A DNA stretch of 63,599 bases, the filler included, from Phoronis australis (taxonomy: Eukaryota > Animalia > Phoronida): the NCBI GenBank assembly GCA_002633005.1. It is 5 parts of 5 records of this genome, joined end to end, with 100 filler letters (N's around TTAATTAATTAA, not from the genome) between each part and the next. Parts side by side here need not be neighbours in the genome. Positions count along the whole stretch, not along the records: positions 21,285 to 32,422 come from NMRA01001715.1; positions 32,523 to 53,410 come from NMRA01000626.1; 3 more parts are not named here. One strand, 5' to 3'. Shown piece by piece: positions 25,401 through 38,510 of this stretch. The notes below the pieces were generated by a model. The model made no database searches, was not told the DNA's origin, and was given only the letters and a program-made list of their open reading frames with translations. How positions within the stretch are numbered: position 1 is the first letter of the stretch; every line of letters starts with the position of its first letter. Both the position numbers and the translations under genes were made by a program.

Positions 25401-25615
25401 AGAGGAACGAATAGTGGTGCAAGAAGATTAGGGGAAGTGGGCAGGCTCCTGATGCTACAGCAGTGACGCAGTAGTAGAGACGAGACGAGCCATACAGTCC
25501 TGGACCGAGCCTGATCAACTCGGTTGGCGCACCTCCAAAGGTCGTTGTGGACAGCGCCGAAACGGCTGAGGACGGAGACTATCCACCTAAGGACAGGACT
25601 GGCGCCAATGACATC
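22500..25615 (+). mobile_element. Hero-clade (R2-like, restriction-like endonuclease) non-LTR retrotransposon, decayed and internally deleted
   Basis: N-terminal zinc finger (C..GNVCKN....IHQGKMGC), VKWPPSN...WQEFEED, RSASAPGP, VQKEGIPGVSGCIE, LPGKFKAWIYQYGVLPR..WPL, VEEFKV, ELxVPWEE...HERK..KY, WPVEVG, AERASQWIW. Confidence 0.85.
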
Positions 25616-27277
25616 AGAGCGTTTAAAGCTAATATCAATATACGTAACTTCGCATTTAACTATTCAAATTTACCAAGAAATGGACGGCGATCTGTATACA
25701 GGACTGTCCTTACACATATGAATTTAAATGTATAATACCAGAAGAACAAGTGGCTGACAGGTAAATATCAAGAATTATTACATGTTACATACGTAAACAT
25801 CTAGTACAAATAAAATGTTGAAATGTCAAAATAACATATGACTTAATTATAGTTGCACTTGGCCTGTTTAGCAGGGTAACAAAATGACCCTTACGTTTCT
25901 CTACTACCAGACCACCATCCCCCCACCAGGAGCTTGGCTTAGCGCTAAGCAGTTTGTTTTAATTTCTAAAAAACGTGTGCAAATGCCGTGCTTACTGAAC
26001 GAAATCTGTATACAGTTCGTTTATCGCCAATTGTGTTGAACTCAACAGCCATAAACAGTATTTTCGAAAATGAGCAAAGCATTACATTTTATTGTCAAGT
26101 TGTCGTTGGCAGCGTTAGGTGCTTTTGCACGTTGTGACGGAAGTCAACTCTTAAAATGGGAACCTAAAATGTATGCATTTCCCAACTTCACTACTGCAAT
26201 GCGTATGTTGGTACATTTCGCTATTAAATATACCATTCACCCAATGTCGAATTTCTGCTTTTGACGTTTTTGCATTAGGTCCAATACATTTGTTTACGGG
26301 CGGAAGCAGAAAACAAGTGTGCTTCGCGAAAAAAGTAAACTTAGACCAAAATACATTATTGGCTCTTGCATTGTGTGTGTGGAAAGTTGATGCGGTGATG
26401 ATGTTTTGCACTAGACATGGATATTTTCAAAAGAAAATGTCACCTAATGGCAGCTGGAATGGGTCGAGGACCTTCTTTGTCTTTTCTACTCAGTGACACC
26501 TGACGTCAGCTTTGAGGAGTTAAACTGAGTCGAGCGCAGACCAAAATCAACTATGTTGTTCTGGCCTTACCGACAAGAAGCAAATCTAAAATTTTGATCT
26601 CAAAATAGTGTTTAATAGCACAAAAATATTCTGTTTCGATCTGATTGGTCTTTCACACTTCAGGGTGAAGCCCAGAAGGAAAAGTCATACTTGTTCTGAT
26701 GCTAGGCAAGTAATTTCTCGTAACCAGTACTTCTAAGGCGCGGCGAAAACAAATCCGGCAGACTTCACTGATACTACACTATTGGTTCTGTAAAAGCAAT
26801 AAAGGAAATGGTTGTTTCGAAGCCTAATGCATGAAGTCAGCTATTACCATGAAATGAGTTCCATCCCACGTCTATTATTTGTTTAACGACGTTTTCATGG
26901 TTCACGTAATATATTTTCCTTCAAAAATTACAGTTTCCTCTACACTTATTTGCGATATCAAAGACTGCTCACCGTTGAATAAAATGTAATTTGCTGCAAG
27001 TCACAGGCCACTGCAATGGCAATTTGATAAGGGTTCAAATTCAGGTCACCCTGTTGAGAATAGCCGGCGACAGTAACTTACATGCTTTTTGTCGTCATTC
27101 AGAAAGAAACGGCTACTAGGACACCAGCAACCGAGGGATGGTGCAAAAAGCATACTGGATTCTGGGCTTTGGTTTTCTGGAAGTCAACACCGTGTAGGAA
27201 GCGCAAAAGGAAAGTGGAATTTTCACTTTTTATTCAAACCAATCCAAGCGTACTGCGCTCCTGTTCGTGTCAGGGGT
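24941..27277. repeat. Copy A of a ~2.3 kb direct duplication
   Basis: Nearly identical to 27386-29907; the paired ORFs in the track are close to identical. Confidence 0.95.
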
Positions 27278-27385
27278 NNNNNNNNNNNNNNNNNNNNNNN
27301 NNNNNNNNNNNNNNNNNNNNNNNNNNNNNNNNNNNNNNNNNNNNNNNNNNNNNNNNNNNNNNNNNNNNNNNNNNNNNNNNNNNNN

Positions 27386-29907
27386 AAAGTGCTGAAGGGG
27401 CCACAGTTTGTTTGTTAATTTTGTGCTGGCGGGTACTTTAACTCGGGGACTGACAGGAGTAGGAGGTGTACTGAACATGGCGAAGGACTGGGAAATGAAC
27501 ATCGACCTCTACCGAAGGATGACCTTCCCAAATGAGATAGCGGAGACATCGTGATGTGGTCACCGGCAACGAAGGAGGTAATATTGCTGGAGCTGACAGT
27601 GCCATGGGAAGAGCGGAGAGACGAAGCACATGAAAGGAAGAAAGAGAAATATCAACTGTTGTGAGAGGAATGCCGAATTAGGGGGTGGAGAGTATGGTAC
27701 TGGCCAGTTGAAGTTGGATACTGGGGATTTGCTGCGCAGCCAGTATGGAGGGCATTACGTGAATTAGGGGTGATAAGAAAGGAAAGGAGGAAGGTCATCG
27801 GTTTTATAAGCGAGCGAGCGGAGAGGGCGTCGCAGTGGATATGGAAGAAGAGGAACGAATAGTGGTGCAAGAAGACTAGGGGAAGTGGGCGGGCTCCTGA
27901 TGCTACAGCAGTGACGCAGTAGTAGAGACGAGATGAGCCATACAGTCCTGGACCGAGCCTGATCAACTCGGTTGGCGCACCTCCAAAGGTCGTTGTGGAC
28001 AGCGCTGAAACGGCTGAGGACGGAGACTATCCACCTAAAGACAGGACTGGCGCCAATGACATCAGAGCGTTTAAAGCTAATATCGATATACTTAAATTCG
28101 CACTTAACTATTCAAATTTACCAAGAAATGGACGGCGATATGTATACAGGACTGTCGTTACACATTTGAATTTAAATGTATAATACCAGGGCCCAGTTGC
28201 ATAAAAGTTATACGCCGTATAGCAACAATGACGTCGCATTATCACGCGACACGTTGTTATTGTTGAACAATGCACATGACGTCATGCAACAATCAAACTT
28301 ATCCAGCGGATATCTTTTGAAGCTTTATGCAACTCAGCCCTGAAGAACAAGTGCCTGACAGGTAACTATCAAGAATTATTACATGTTACATACGTAAACA
28401 TCTAGTACAAATAAAATGTTGAAATGTCAAAATAACCTATGACTTAATTATAGTTGCACTTGGCCTGTTTAGCAGGGTAACAAAATGACCCTTACGTTTC
28501 TCTACTACCAGACCATCATCCCCCCACCAGGAGCTTGGCTTAGCGCTAAGCAGTTTGTTTTAATTTCTAAAAAAACGTGTGCAAATGCCGTGCTTACTGA
28601 ACGAAATCTGTATACAATTCGTTTATCGCCAGTTGTGTTGAACTCAACAGCCATAAACAGTATTTTCGAAAATGAGCAAAGCATTACATTTTATTGTCAA
28701 GTTGTCGTTGGCAGCGTTAGGTGCTTTTGCACGTTGTGACGGAAGTCAACTCTTAAAATGGGAACCTAATATGTATGCATTTCCCAACTTCACTACTGCA
28801 ATGCGTATGTTGGTACATTTCGCTATTGAATATACCATTCACCCAATGTCGAATTTCTGCTTTTGACGTATTTGCATTAGGTCCAATACATTTGTTAGGC
28901 TTACGGGCGGAAGCAAAGAAAAAGTGTGCTCCGCGAAAAAAGTAGACTTAGACCAAAATACATTATTGGCTCTTGCATTGTGTGTGTGGAAAGTTGATGC
29001 GGTGATGATGTTTTGCACTAGATACGGATATTTTCAAAAGAAAATGTCACCTAATGGCAGCTGGAATGGGTCGAGGTCCTTCTTTGTCTTTTCTACTCAG
29101 TGACACCTGACGTCAGCTTTGAGGAGTTAAACTGAGTCGAGCGCAGACCAAAATCAACTATGTTGTTCTGGTCTTACCGGCAAGAAGCAAATCTAAAATT
29201 TTGATCTCAAAATAGTGTTTAATAGCACAAAAATATTCTGTTTCGATCTGATTGGTCTTTCACACTTCAGGGTGAAGCCCAGAAGGAAAAGTCATACTTG
29301 TTTTGATGCTAGGCAAGTAATTTCTCGTCATAATTGGAATTAGCCACGTGTAACCAGTACTTCTAAGGCGCGGCGAAAACAAATCCGGCAGACTTCACTG
29401 ATACTACACTATTGGTTCTGTAAAAGCAATAAAGGAAATGGTTGTTTCGAAGCCTAATGCATGAAGTCAGCTATTACCATGAAATGAGTTCCATCCCACG
29501 TCTATTATTTGTTTAACGACGTTTTCATGGTTCACGTAATATATTTTCCTTCAAAAATTACAGTTTCCTCTACACTTATTTGCGATATCAAAGACTGCTC
29601 ACCGTTGAATAAAATGTAATTTGCTGCAAGTCACAGGCCACTGCAATGGCAATTTGATAAGGGTTCAAATTCAGGTCACCCTGTTGAGAATAGCCGGCGA
29701 CAGTAACTTACATGCTTTTTGTCGTCATTCAGAAAGAAACGGCTACTAGGACACCAGCAACCGAGGGATGGTGCAAAAAGCATACTGGATTCTGGGCTTT
29801 GGTTTTCTGGAAGTCAACACCGTGTAGGAAGCGCAAAAGGAAAGTGGAATTTTCACTTTTTATTCAAACCAATCCAAGCGTACTGCGCTCCTGTTCGTGT
29901 CAGGGGT
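27386..29907. repeat. Copy B of the duplication (includes the Hero 3' end, ~27386-28065)
   Basis: Starts directly after the 108-N gap (27278-27385) and differs from copy A by scattered SNPs, small indels and one MITE. Confidence 0.95.
28190..28339. mobile_element. 150-bp Harbinger-like MITE present only in copy B
   Basis: TIR ggcccagttgcataaa / tttatgcaactcagcc, flanked by CAG and CTG; the empty site aatac-cag-aagaac is at ~25734-25747. Confidence 0.8.
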
Positions 29908-31399
29908 GGGGATGGTGAGAGGGGGGTTGGACTGGTGGCATTGACTTGTGCTTGCGGGAAAGCACATTATTCATGCTAGGTAAAGCCAGACGGCGCTAAA
30001 AACTTGCTTGTGTGGGGGGTTTTGAAAAAAGTTTGATTACATGGCTGACTTGATGCGAGACGGTGTTTTTTTTCTCTAATTAGTGAGCCACAGGTTTCAA
30101 GATTTGTGAGGGTCCGTTTACCTGAACCAACCAATTGTACTATTTGGTTAACTATTGCAATTTGCCAATAGCTGTTGATAGCACAACACTAGAACTTAAC
30201 GCCTCCAATTTCATTTAAACAAACTTATTTGCACAAACACTGAAGGGTTAACATTAGATGCCCATTAAAAAGGCGGTTGTTGCTTGCAAATTTGATTCGA
30301 AAAGGTTCAAGCTAAAGGCATTGATATCGAAGCAAAATTGCAGAACCGTTACGTCGGGAACTCGACCCGAATGCACAGGTCAAGACAAATATATATATTT
30401 AATGGAGTTAATGGGGACATTTTTTCTTAAATTTACGTCACACAGGCGGTTGTCTTGGCAACTCCGAAACTTAATACGGTGTGCAACAAGTAGAAAACGT
30501 GATCAGATAGAGCACACATCACGAATTTTTGTCCGACCGGTCGGAAATTGGTCGACGACCGGACGTCTAGCCGATAAGTAGCCGACCGACAACGGTCGGT
30601 TAGGTGCCGTCTGCTGAGTCGCCTCTGCGGTCGGCACTTGGGTCGGCAAAGTGATCGCCTAGCAAAGACGACCAATTTGAATTATGCGTGTCCTTGGTCG
30701 GCAATTACCATTTCATGACTTAGGGGGTGAACTTTGGCCATGCAAACATTTAACTGTTCGCTGTTCGTTCACCTGTGGCCACTCCGCGGGTCTTGACGTC
30801 GGTTCATCAATTTTTGTTCAACTATTGAACGTCGGTAAGATCGAATCAATCTACAAATACGAATTGCGTGAAATTAAACCAACCTTGAATTGCTGACGGG
30901 GTGGTAAAATCAAACATAAAATGATATCGCGGAAACATAATTTCGAACTCTAGATATGAGACTTCTTATACATTATGCATAAAAAGTATCAACAGTCAAG
31001 AAATTCGAAATGTTACAGTAAATTTGCATAAAAATCAGAATACAACGCTGGATGTTTTAAGACCTCAAGTTTTTTCATGCCGGGGAATGCTCAATAAGTA
31101 GCAGGCATTTGCGGTCATCCGTTATTGCACTTGTTCATCACGCTGTATTATGCGCTTTCGCACAGATAATTATTGTTTATTTTTGTACAATTTCTTAATA
31201 TGTTGGTGCAGCAAAAGAACAAAAGTTTATTTTAGGAGCAACATAAACAACGGTTTGAACATAGCGCAGACATTAAGATCATGGGAGCATGAAAACGGAA
31301 GCATGTGACCGGTTATAGTACCAACCATGATCCATCATTCTGAATTTGTTGTCACTTTCGGAGTAAGAAAATTGTTTAAAAGTTGGAGCACTCCTATCT

Positions 31400-31670
31400 A
31401 GCCAGCTAGATGTATACAGACTATCGTCAAAATACAACAACGCGGCCCTGTGTATTGAGCTCCGACAGACCTCGAAATTGCACACATTCCGGATAGTTAC
31501 GCAAGTCACCTCGTTGTGAAACTGGTATTAACATGAGCTTAAGAGAGGCGGGTGTGCATGCAAAATCTGGGAGTCAATTGACCCTCACCTTGCCCGTTAC
31601 AGCCGTTTAAGAGAAAAATATCCAACGTCATTTTCTTGCGTAATTCTCCGCCTTTTATAACAAAGAAAGG
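31400..31670 (+). repeat. Unclassified dispersed repeat, copy 1
   Basis: Colinear similarity to 51826-52125 (cagctag.tgtat..agactatc.tcaaaatacaac; ctcaccttgccc; aattctc.gccttt). Confidence 0.7.
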
Positions 31671-32607
31671 GATGTCGTCGCCTTGAAAGGAGTATATTTG
31701 TGACACGAGCCACTTCCAGATTTTTTTCGACATCTTGGAATTTGGGAAAAAGAAACTGGCTAAAAGGTGACGCAATATTTCATTGCGGCGAAAACCGACG
31801 CAAAAGACCACACCATAACTTTAGCTGCAGAATAATGGTAGAAAACCAATTTTATTTTTGAAACGCCGGTAAATAGTTTAGATTACTCAAGGAACATTTT
31901 ATTTGGTCATTTTTTACCCATATCGGGGCAAAGTTGTATATTTTATTTAGTAAACAACTTCGCACCAAGGCTAGAGCCTTCCGAGCCCATTGAAATAAGA
32001 ACTTACAATACTTCGCGTTTCGCGTTTACTCCAAGGGGTAAAACTCTGAAAATAAAATCTTCGGAGTAACTCGGTACATGTGATCGTAAAGAAAAGTTCC
32101 CAGGTATTCTGTGTTTTCATGTAGAGAGTAAAAATGATTGATATAAGGTCATTTATTATGACTAATACAATTAAAATATAATGAATACAGGTAAATAACG
32201 TATAATTGGTAATCTCTGGTAAGATGGGCAATAAAAAAGCGCCGGCCACGTGGAAGTACGAGAGAATGACGAAAACTGGGAGGTAGAGGATGGGAAAATG
32301 AATAAGTTTTTGAACGTACGACAGTGTGGCCGGAACAAAGATGAATTGAAAGCGAGGTTACTATAACAAAGGAGCAAAAGTTCTCACAGGGATTTGCCTA
32401 TCAGAACACACGTCAATGGACTNNNNNNNNNNNNNNNNNNNNNNNNNNNNNNNNNNNNNNNNNNNNTTAATTAATTAANNNNNNNNNNNNNNNNNNNNNN
32501 NNNNNNNNNNNNNNNNNNNNNNTTTTTTTTGTTTTTTTTTAATTTTTGGGTCCTGGCCCGAGGGGGGGTTTAAACCCCCTGAACCCCCCCGTAGATCCGC
32601 CACTGCG

Positions 32608-32785
32608 GGTTGAATACAGGTCCAGTTCGACACCCAATAAGGAGTACAGTTCGTCGTCCAGTGATCAGGCCCGTGAGCCAAACTTTGCTAAGTTTATTGT
32701 GGTCTTGACATAAGTATTGGAGCAATTTAGAAGGTGCCAGGTGTGTGGCGAAGGAGTGACACGGTGGGATGTAAGCGGTTTGATC
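32608..32785 (+). mobile_element. Decayed transposase-like zinc-finger fragment, copy 2
   Basis: EPNFAKFIVVLT*VLEQFRRCQVCGEGVTRWDVSGL; DNA similar to 21320-21485. Confidence 0.45.
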
Positions 32786-33214
32786 ATTCAGTGAGAATAG
32801 CATAAGGATTCCATTGAAAGAGGTCGGCATAACAGTGCACACCGTTCATTTGCACCAAGACGTTATACCACATCTGTCCTCAGTCTCTTCCTCAATCGTC
32901 TCAATAGCTCTGTTTTTATTCTGCCACACTACACTCGGCCTCAAACATTATCTACCAACTGACTGTTGACGAAAAAACTCCTCGTCACCACTCCTATGAA
33001 CCATCACTCACCTCACTGTGTCTGTGACATGAGTCGTTAACTCAGACATTTTCAGGCTACTACAAACTCAACGATCCCTAAATCCCACGTAACTGAGTTC
33101 TCTAACAACCTAATTTGTCGTAGAATACTCGTCAATGGGAAGTGGTGACGACAATTTTAGGAAACCAGCAAGAAAACAACAGTGGAACAGATCCTCACAG
33201 TAAACTGGAATGCA

Positions 33215-33430
33215 GAAACAAAATGGCGGAAAATTCTTGACCCCTAAACGTCACTTCCGGAGTAAGGCACGACTAATCAATAAAATTACGGGAAGTCGTA
33301 ATTAACTGAAACATATGTCTGGGATAATGAACGAACCGTATTTTTTACTACAAATGACATGAAAAACGTTGTCTTCTCCTTTAAATGTTAAGCAACTTAC
33401 TCTGAGACTAGTAACACCGACTCTCGCGGA
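33215..33430. promoter_or_regulatory. Candidate housekeeping-type promoter
   Basis: Cluster of a YY1-like aaaatggcgg (~33220), an ETS-like cacttccgg (~33252), cgggaagt (~33288) and tctcgcgga (~33422). Motif evidence only. Confidence 0.3.
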
Positions 33431-36400
33431 TTCGTGATACAATCCTTTTGTCAGGAGATCTACTACATGCGATATGTTTCGAATGGGATAATTCAACGAA
33501 CATCTCCTCTCGCATAAATTGATACATGATGGCTATGAGCTTCGTTTTTCTTCGAATTTGAGGATTTTTTGCCATCACAATTGCAAATTTGTTGTCACCA
33601 CGGCATGCAAAGCGATAATCTTGTGAGAACTACGTTTTAGCTGTTGCACCAATTCTCTAAGCCACAGTGCTTCTTGTACACTACCATCAGCTAATGCAAT
33701 ATATTCCTTTTAGGCACAATTTAACAACACAACGCGGGTTTGTTGGTTTCTGCTCCAGGTCGTTGGCGCTCCAGCAATACATGGCCAACAGGGCATTAAA
33801 CTGCTACCGCGTAGTTTGGAGGTTGGATTCCGCTCTGAAGCTGACTTCAGAAAAAAAAACCTTTTGCTCGTCGATATCGTCACTTTAAGCTAATTTAAGA
33901 TATTTTGATGTGGCAGACTGACACATGAGCCAGCTGGATCATATTTATAACTTCATAATGGCTTGTTCCATTATCACGTTAGGGAAAACACAAAACACTT
34001 TTCACATACTTCCTTCAATCTAAAATCATATATTTTCGCATGTTGTTGTTATCAAATCAAGCCTAATTACATTGATTTATTTTCATTTCGTCATTTTTGT
34101 TCACCGAGCGTGACTCTTGAGGTACGGTTCCAGACAACTAGCGATTTCTCGACAAAATTAGTCAACAAAGCCGATAATTACACTGGCCATTCCATACACG
34201 CACCGACCTGTGGCCTTGGTTGGAATAGTCAGTCCTATGATATCTTTTCAGCTCGGCAGCCTATCATACTACATGTCAGGATATTTTCAACAATACATTT
34301 TTGTGTTAAAATGATGTTTCAGTATTTTACGGAAAGAAATGTCATTTAGTTTCTGAGTGTATATTCTGCAATTATAAATGAACTGTTTAGGTCCTACTAA
34401 CAGACGTGTTTATATACATGTACGCACCTTTCGAAAAACTCCTACTTGTGTTGCTAAATGCGTGTGTATTTGCATGTATATATTGTTACAGTTTTCGGTT
34501 GTTTTAATAAGAATAATTAGTTTGTGTAATGTTTACCATATGCCTGGCGGATGTCATTTTGTTAATTCCATTTCTGAGCAGTAGGTCTACTGTTATCTGT
34601 AGAATTTACCTAACTCGCGAAATAAAATTTAAAAAAATGAAAAGTTTACGTTGGAAAAGAATCCCATTCACTTTGTGTTGCTGACAGTTTACAGTGTACT
34701 AGCTGATGACTCCGCTCTTGGCGGCTTGTCCCACTTTTTGATTTTAACGCCATCCCGCCACACCATCAAATTGTCCCGTTTTTGACACATGGAGAAGTTG
34801 GGTATGTTATAATATACTACTGCAAATTCCCACGCGACATAGCCATATTTTCCAGTTCGACTAAAAAGAAAAAATAACAGGACGATTCATGGGATTTTAC
34901 AGCATCCTCAATTTCTCATTTGAGTAAAAAAGCCCGTCGAATACTTTTAGGTGTTACGTCTCTCGCTCGACAAGAAAGTTGTCGACACTTTTTGTCACTT
35001 TTGCGTTTGGGTTTAGACCTACTTTGTATCCGGAAGTCCCGCTTGTTCAATCAGTACCGTTGTTTCACTCTAGTGAATATTGACCGTGACAACTATGCAA
35101 CAGATGTTCAAAACCATATTGTCTCATTGTTATGAATATTGTTGTTTTCCACAGTCCACTTTCTTCAGTAAAATAACAATCGTAAAAATGTGTTCCAATA
35201 TCTCTTGTTACGGTAACATTCACTACGCGTATCAGGATCAGTAAATTTTTACTCTCTGTAGAAATGAGTTTATTTTTATGGAAAGTCCTATACTATGCAA
35301 CAAATGTAATGAGGTATACACAGTACATTTTAAGGCTACCTAATAGATGTTTGCCCATTTTATATATCCGAGAACTTTTATCTGCAAATTTCGGAAAAGT
35401 ATTTGGAGTAATTAGTTTATCACATTTTTGTAAATATCACTGCATCCTGAATTTTTCCTGAAGAATGTAATTGTATCAAACGGCGCCAAACGTCTAATTA
35501 ATTGTAATACATTAAGATCTATAATTTTGGATGAATGAGTGACTAAATTCTCCACAGCAACTGTGAGGAATCCATATTCTAAAATCTTTGTCTTTATAGG
35601 GTAGAGATCTTTTGAATCGTTGAAATTGTTTCCCTGCAGGATCAGCTAGTCATATATATTATAATCTCGCTGGTTCATTTCCTTTCGATGTTACCATAAC
35701 AACCTGTTATTTTATGCATTTTGGTAAACACTCTTGTTTTTTTAAGTGTTCTTAAACTTAGTCAGCTATACGAATTGATAAGTATTTATGATTTAAACTA
35801 TTTATTTTTTGCTTCTGGAATGGATATCAAGAACTGGTGAACAGCTTTCGAAGGATAATGACTTTTGCGCAATTCGGTTAAAAAATGGCGGCGTTGCAAC
35901 AAGTTTTATTGACAGTAAATTCCATAGCAAATTCCAACACCAGAACAATCGAATGCGAACAAATTCCACGCATGCGCGGCGCAATCTAGGCAGCGCGAGA
36001 ATTAATATTTTTAATTGTGTAGTCATTAATTCATTTGTGGCAAATTTCTAGTTAACGTTTAAATTGTTCATGTCAGTTCACCCTGTTCACTAGATTTTTA
36101 ATATTTTTATTTCTTATCACGACCCTATGGGATACCAAGTGTATAACTGAATAGTTTTATCCTAAATAAACAAATTTTACGCAACGTTTCGTGCGCACTT
36201 TTATACGAGTATTGTCTGTACTTTTGTAAGAACTCAGTTACCACTAAGCGTGTCTTCTACCATTACGAAGTCGTCATAACCAGAGTCCCCTTGAACACCA
36301 CTTGCAATTTCCACGGTCCTGTTTACCTGTTCTTCATCAGGTACCGGTTTTCGACTAAAACTGGCTGGTCAATGTTTATATGAATACGCATGGGTGATAC

Positions 36401-37224
36401 AGTAAGATAATTCCCATGGCACCTGGATTTTATTAAGTTTTTATTGTCCTTGTCATCCAGGATTGTACGAAAATTTTAAAATTTTCAAAACTTGTAAAAA
36501 GCATATGGACTATCACTTTGCAAGCCGCAGCAGGACCCTTTCGGTTTTTAAAAATCACCGAGTTTCTGTTTTAACAACACCTAACTGCATCGAACGACTG
36601 ACCAGTTGCCTCAATTTCCAGACCACTATTATCCGACATTCTTTATATAGGAAATCCAATTAGAAGTGAAGTCATTGTTCTTGTCCGTGTGCTCAAATCA
36701 CCCACGATAGTTTGTCTACATTGCCTCCCGGCGTGTTGCCTCCAATAACCGACACCAAAATCAAGAAATAGTGCGTGTCCAAACAAACTTTTCTGGCAAA
36801 TACCTGCTTGTCTCACCGAAAGCCATAACTGCTCTATTAAATACACTCAACACAGGACGGAGGGATATTCTGTAAAACATCTCAGTACTGGATTGGATCG
36901 AAAAAATCCCAAGACTTCCGTTCCATCAAGAAAACTAGACAGGTTGCACTAATTTATCAAACACAGGTGTTCGCTCACCAAAGAGATCGACTTTCGAGGC
37001 AAAGATCACCGTAGTTCCAATAGCTGGTCGTAGCGTTATCACTGGTCTGGGTCAATAAAAGCCCTTTTTACACCCTGCCCCAGGAGATGTAAAAAAGGTA
37101 TAAATTACAAAAAGCACACTGGATGGAATTTCTAAATGATAAAAATTAGCAAAGCCACGTCCTTTTGCCTACGTTCAACGAGAAAAAAAGAGAAGCCATA
37201 AAACAGCCAAGACATTTTTGGCAT

Positions 37225-37900
37225 TTTTCTCCCTAAAATCGCAAATTCACGAATGCCCCGGTACCCGCCAGTGGGGAAACAGGAATCCCTATACCCTTGC
37301 ATTCTAGATCCCAGAAGTATAGGTAAACATTTGCGATTGCAGGTCAATCAGATTTTTTCCAATTTCCATCTTTCTGAAGGTAACTATGTTCGTGCCAAAA
37401 ATTTCCCACTGAACAAGGATGTGCTGTGAAAATGGCGGAACTTCCCAATTTTCTTCATTTTGGGGGTAGCCACAAAGGTATGAATCATGATCTGAGACCA
37501 AATGTCTAAGGCCACCGTGAAAAAAATCGAGATGACAAAAATGAACAAAAAAGTGTAATTTTGTCCATTTTTACCCAAAATTGCAAATTCACGAATGTCC
37601 CGGTGCAAGAAAGGAAACCATCATTCTAGATTCCAAAATTCAGGTTAAAATATGCCTTTATCCCCCAGATTTTTGAAAATTTCTACTTGTCTGACGGGTA
37701 CCTGGATTCGCGCCAAGAATTCAAAACTCAACAAGGACGTCCTCTCACAATAGCGACTCTTACGTATCCTTGAGGACAAGAGCACAGGCCAAAGTTCTGT
37801 ACTCAAAACAACTTTAAGGAACTACTCAATACCATTTTTGGCAACCACTTCCCAACTGTTGTCACACCCGACCGACCGTTTTCTTCATTTTTGGGGTAGG
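37225..37900. repeat. Degenerate direct duplication (~340-430 bp offset), probably transposon-internal
   Basis: gcaaattcacgaatg.cccggt at ~37241 and ~37583; cattctagat twice; ttttcttcattttgggg twice. Confidence 0.6.
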
Positions 37901-38510
37901 TGCACAGGTAGACCTATCTACTGTGGCTTCAGGTGGTACTGAACAGCTGGGGCGGCAGCAATTTGAACTTTTCTTCAATATGGCGACCAGCTGTTGCATT
38001 GCTGGGTAGCGACTAAATAAGAAATTGGCTACGATTTCAGGTAGCCGTCAAAAAGCCAGATTTGCAAAAAAAAAACTAATTGGTTGACATCACTTTTCGA
38101 CCACATTTTTGGAATCGGTAAGAAATTTGCTTTCTTCATCTTATGTTGCCTTTAGTGAGCATCGACAGGAAAGTGGTGGTTTTAGGATGAAAAGGGGCCA
38201 ATTTTGCGTTTTTGCCCCTTTTTTCTTAGTCTACCTTGATTTTTAGTAGGAGTGAAAGGGTAATAAATACAAGAGATAATAAAGTTTCTGTGCTCATCTA
38301 TAAGGTTTATGAAGTGAATTGATTCAAAACGTTTCGTTCTTTGCATACAGGTTTTGACAGAATGAAGAAAGGGTGACTAGTCTATTGACGTGGTCAACTT
38401 TCAACTTTCAAATATTTCCAAATTTTGGCACTAATTCTTCTCTCCTTCACTAATCAAAGTCTTGAGAATAGTTTCTACTGATATTTTTTTTTCCATTATT
38501 TGTAAAAACA

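Noticed and set aside
25505-25615. Hero 3' UTR as a hammerhead ribozyme (gaaac, ctgagga)
   Set aside because: The boxes cannot be arranged into the three-stem core.
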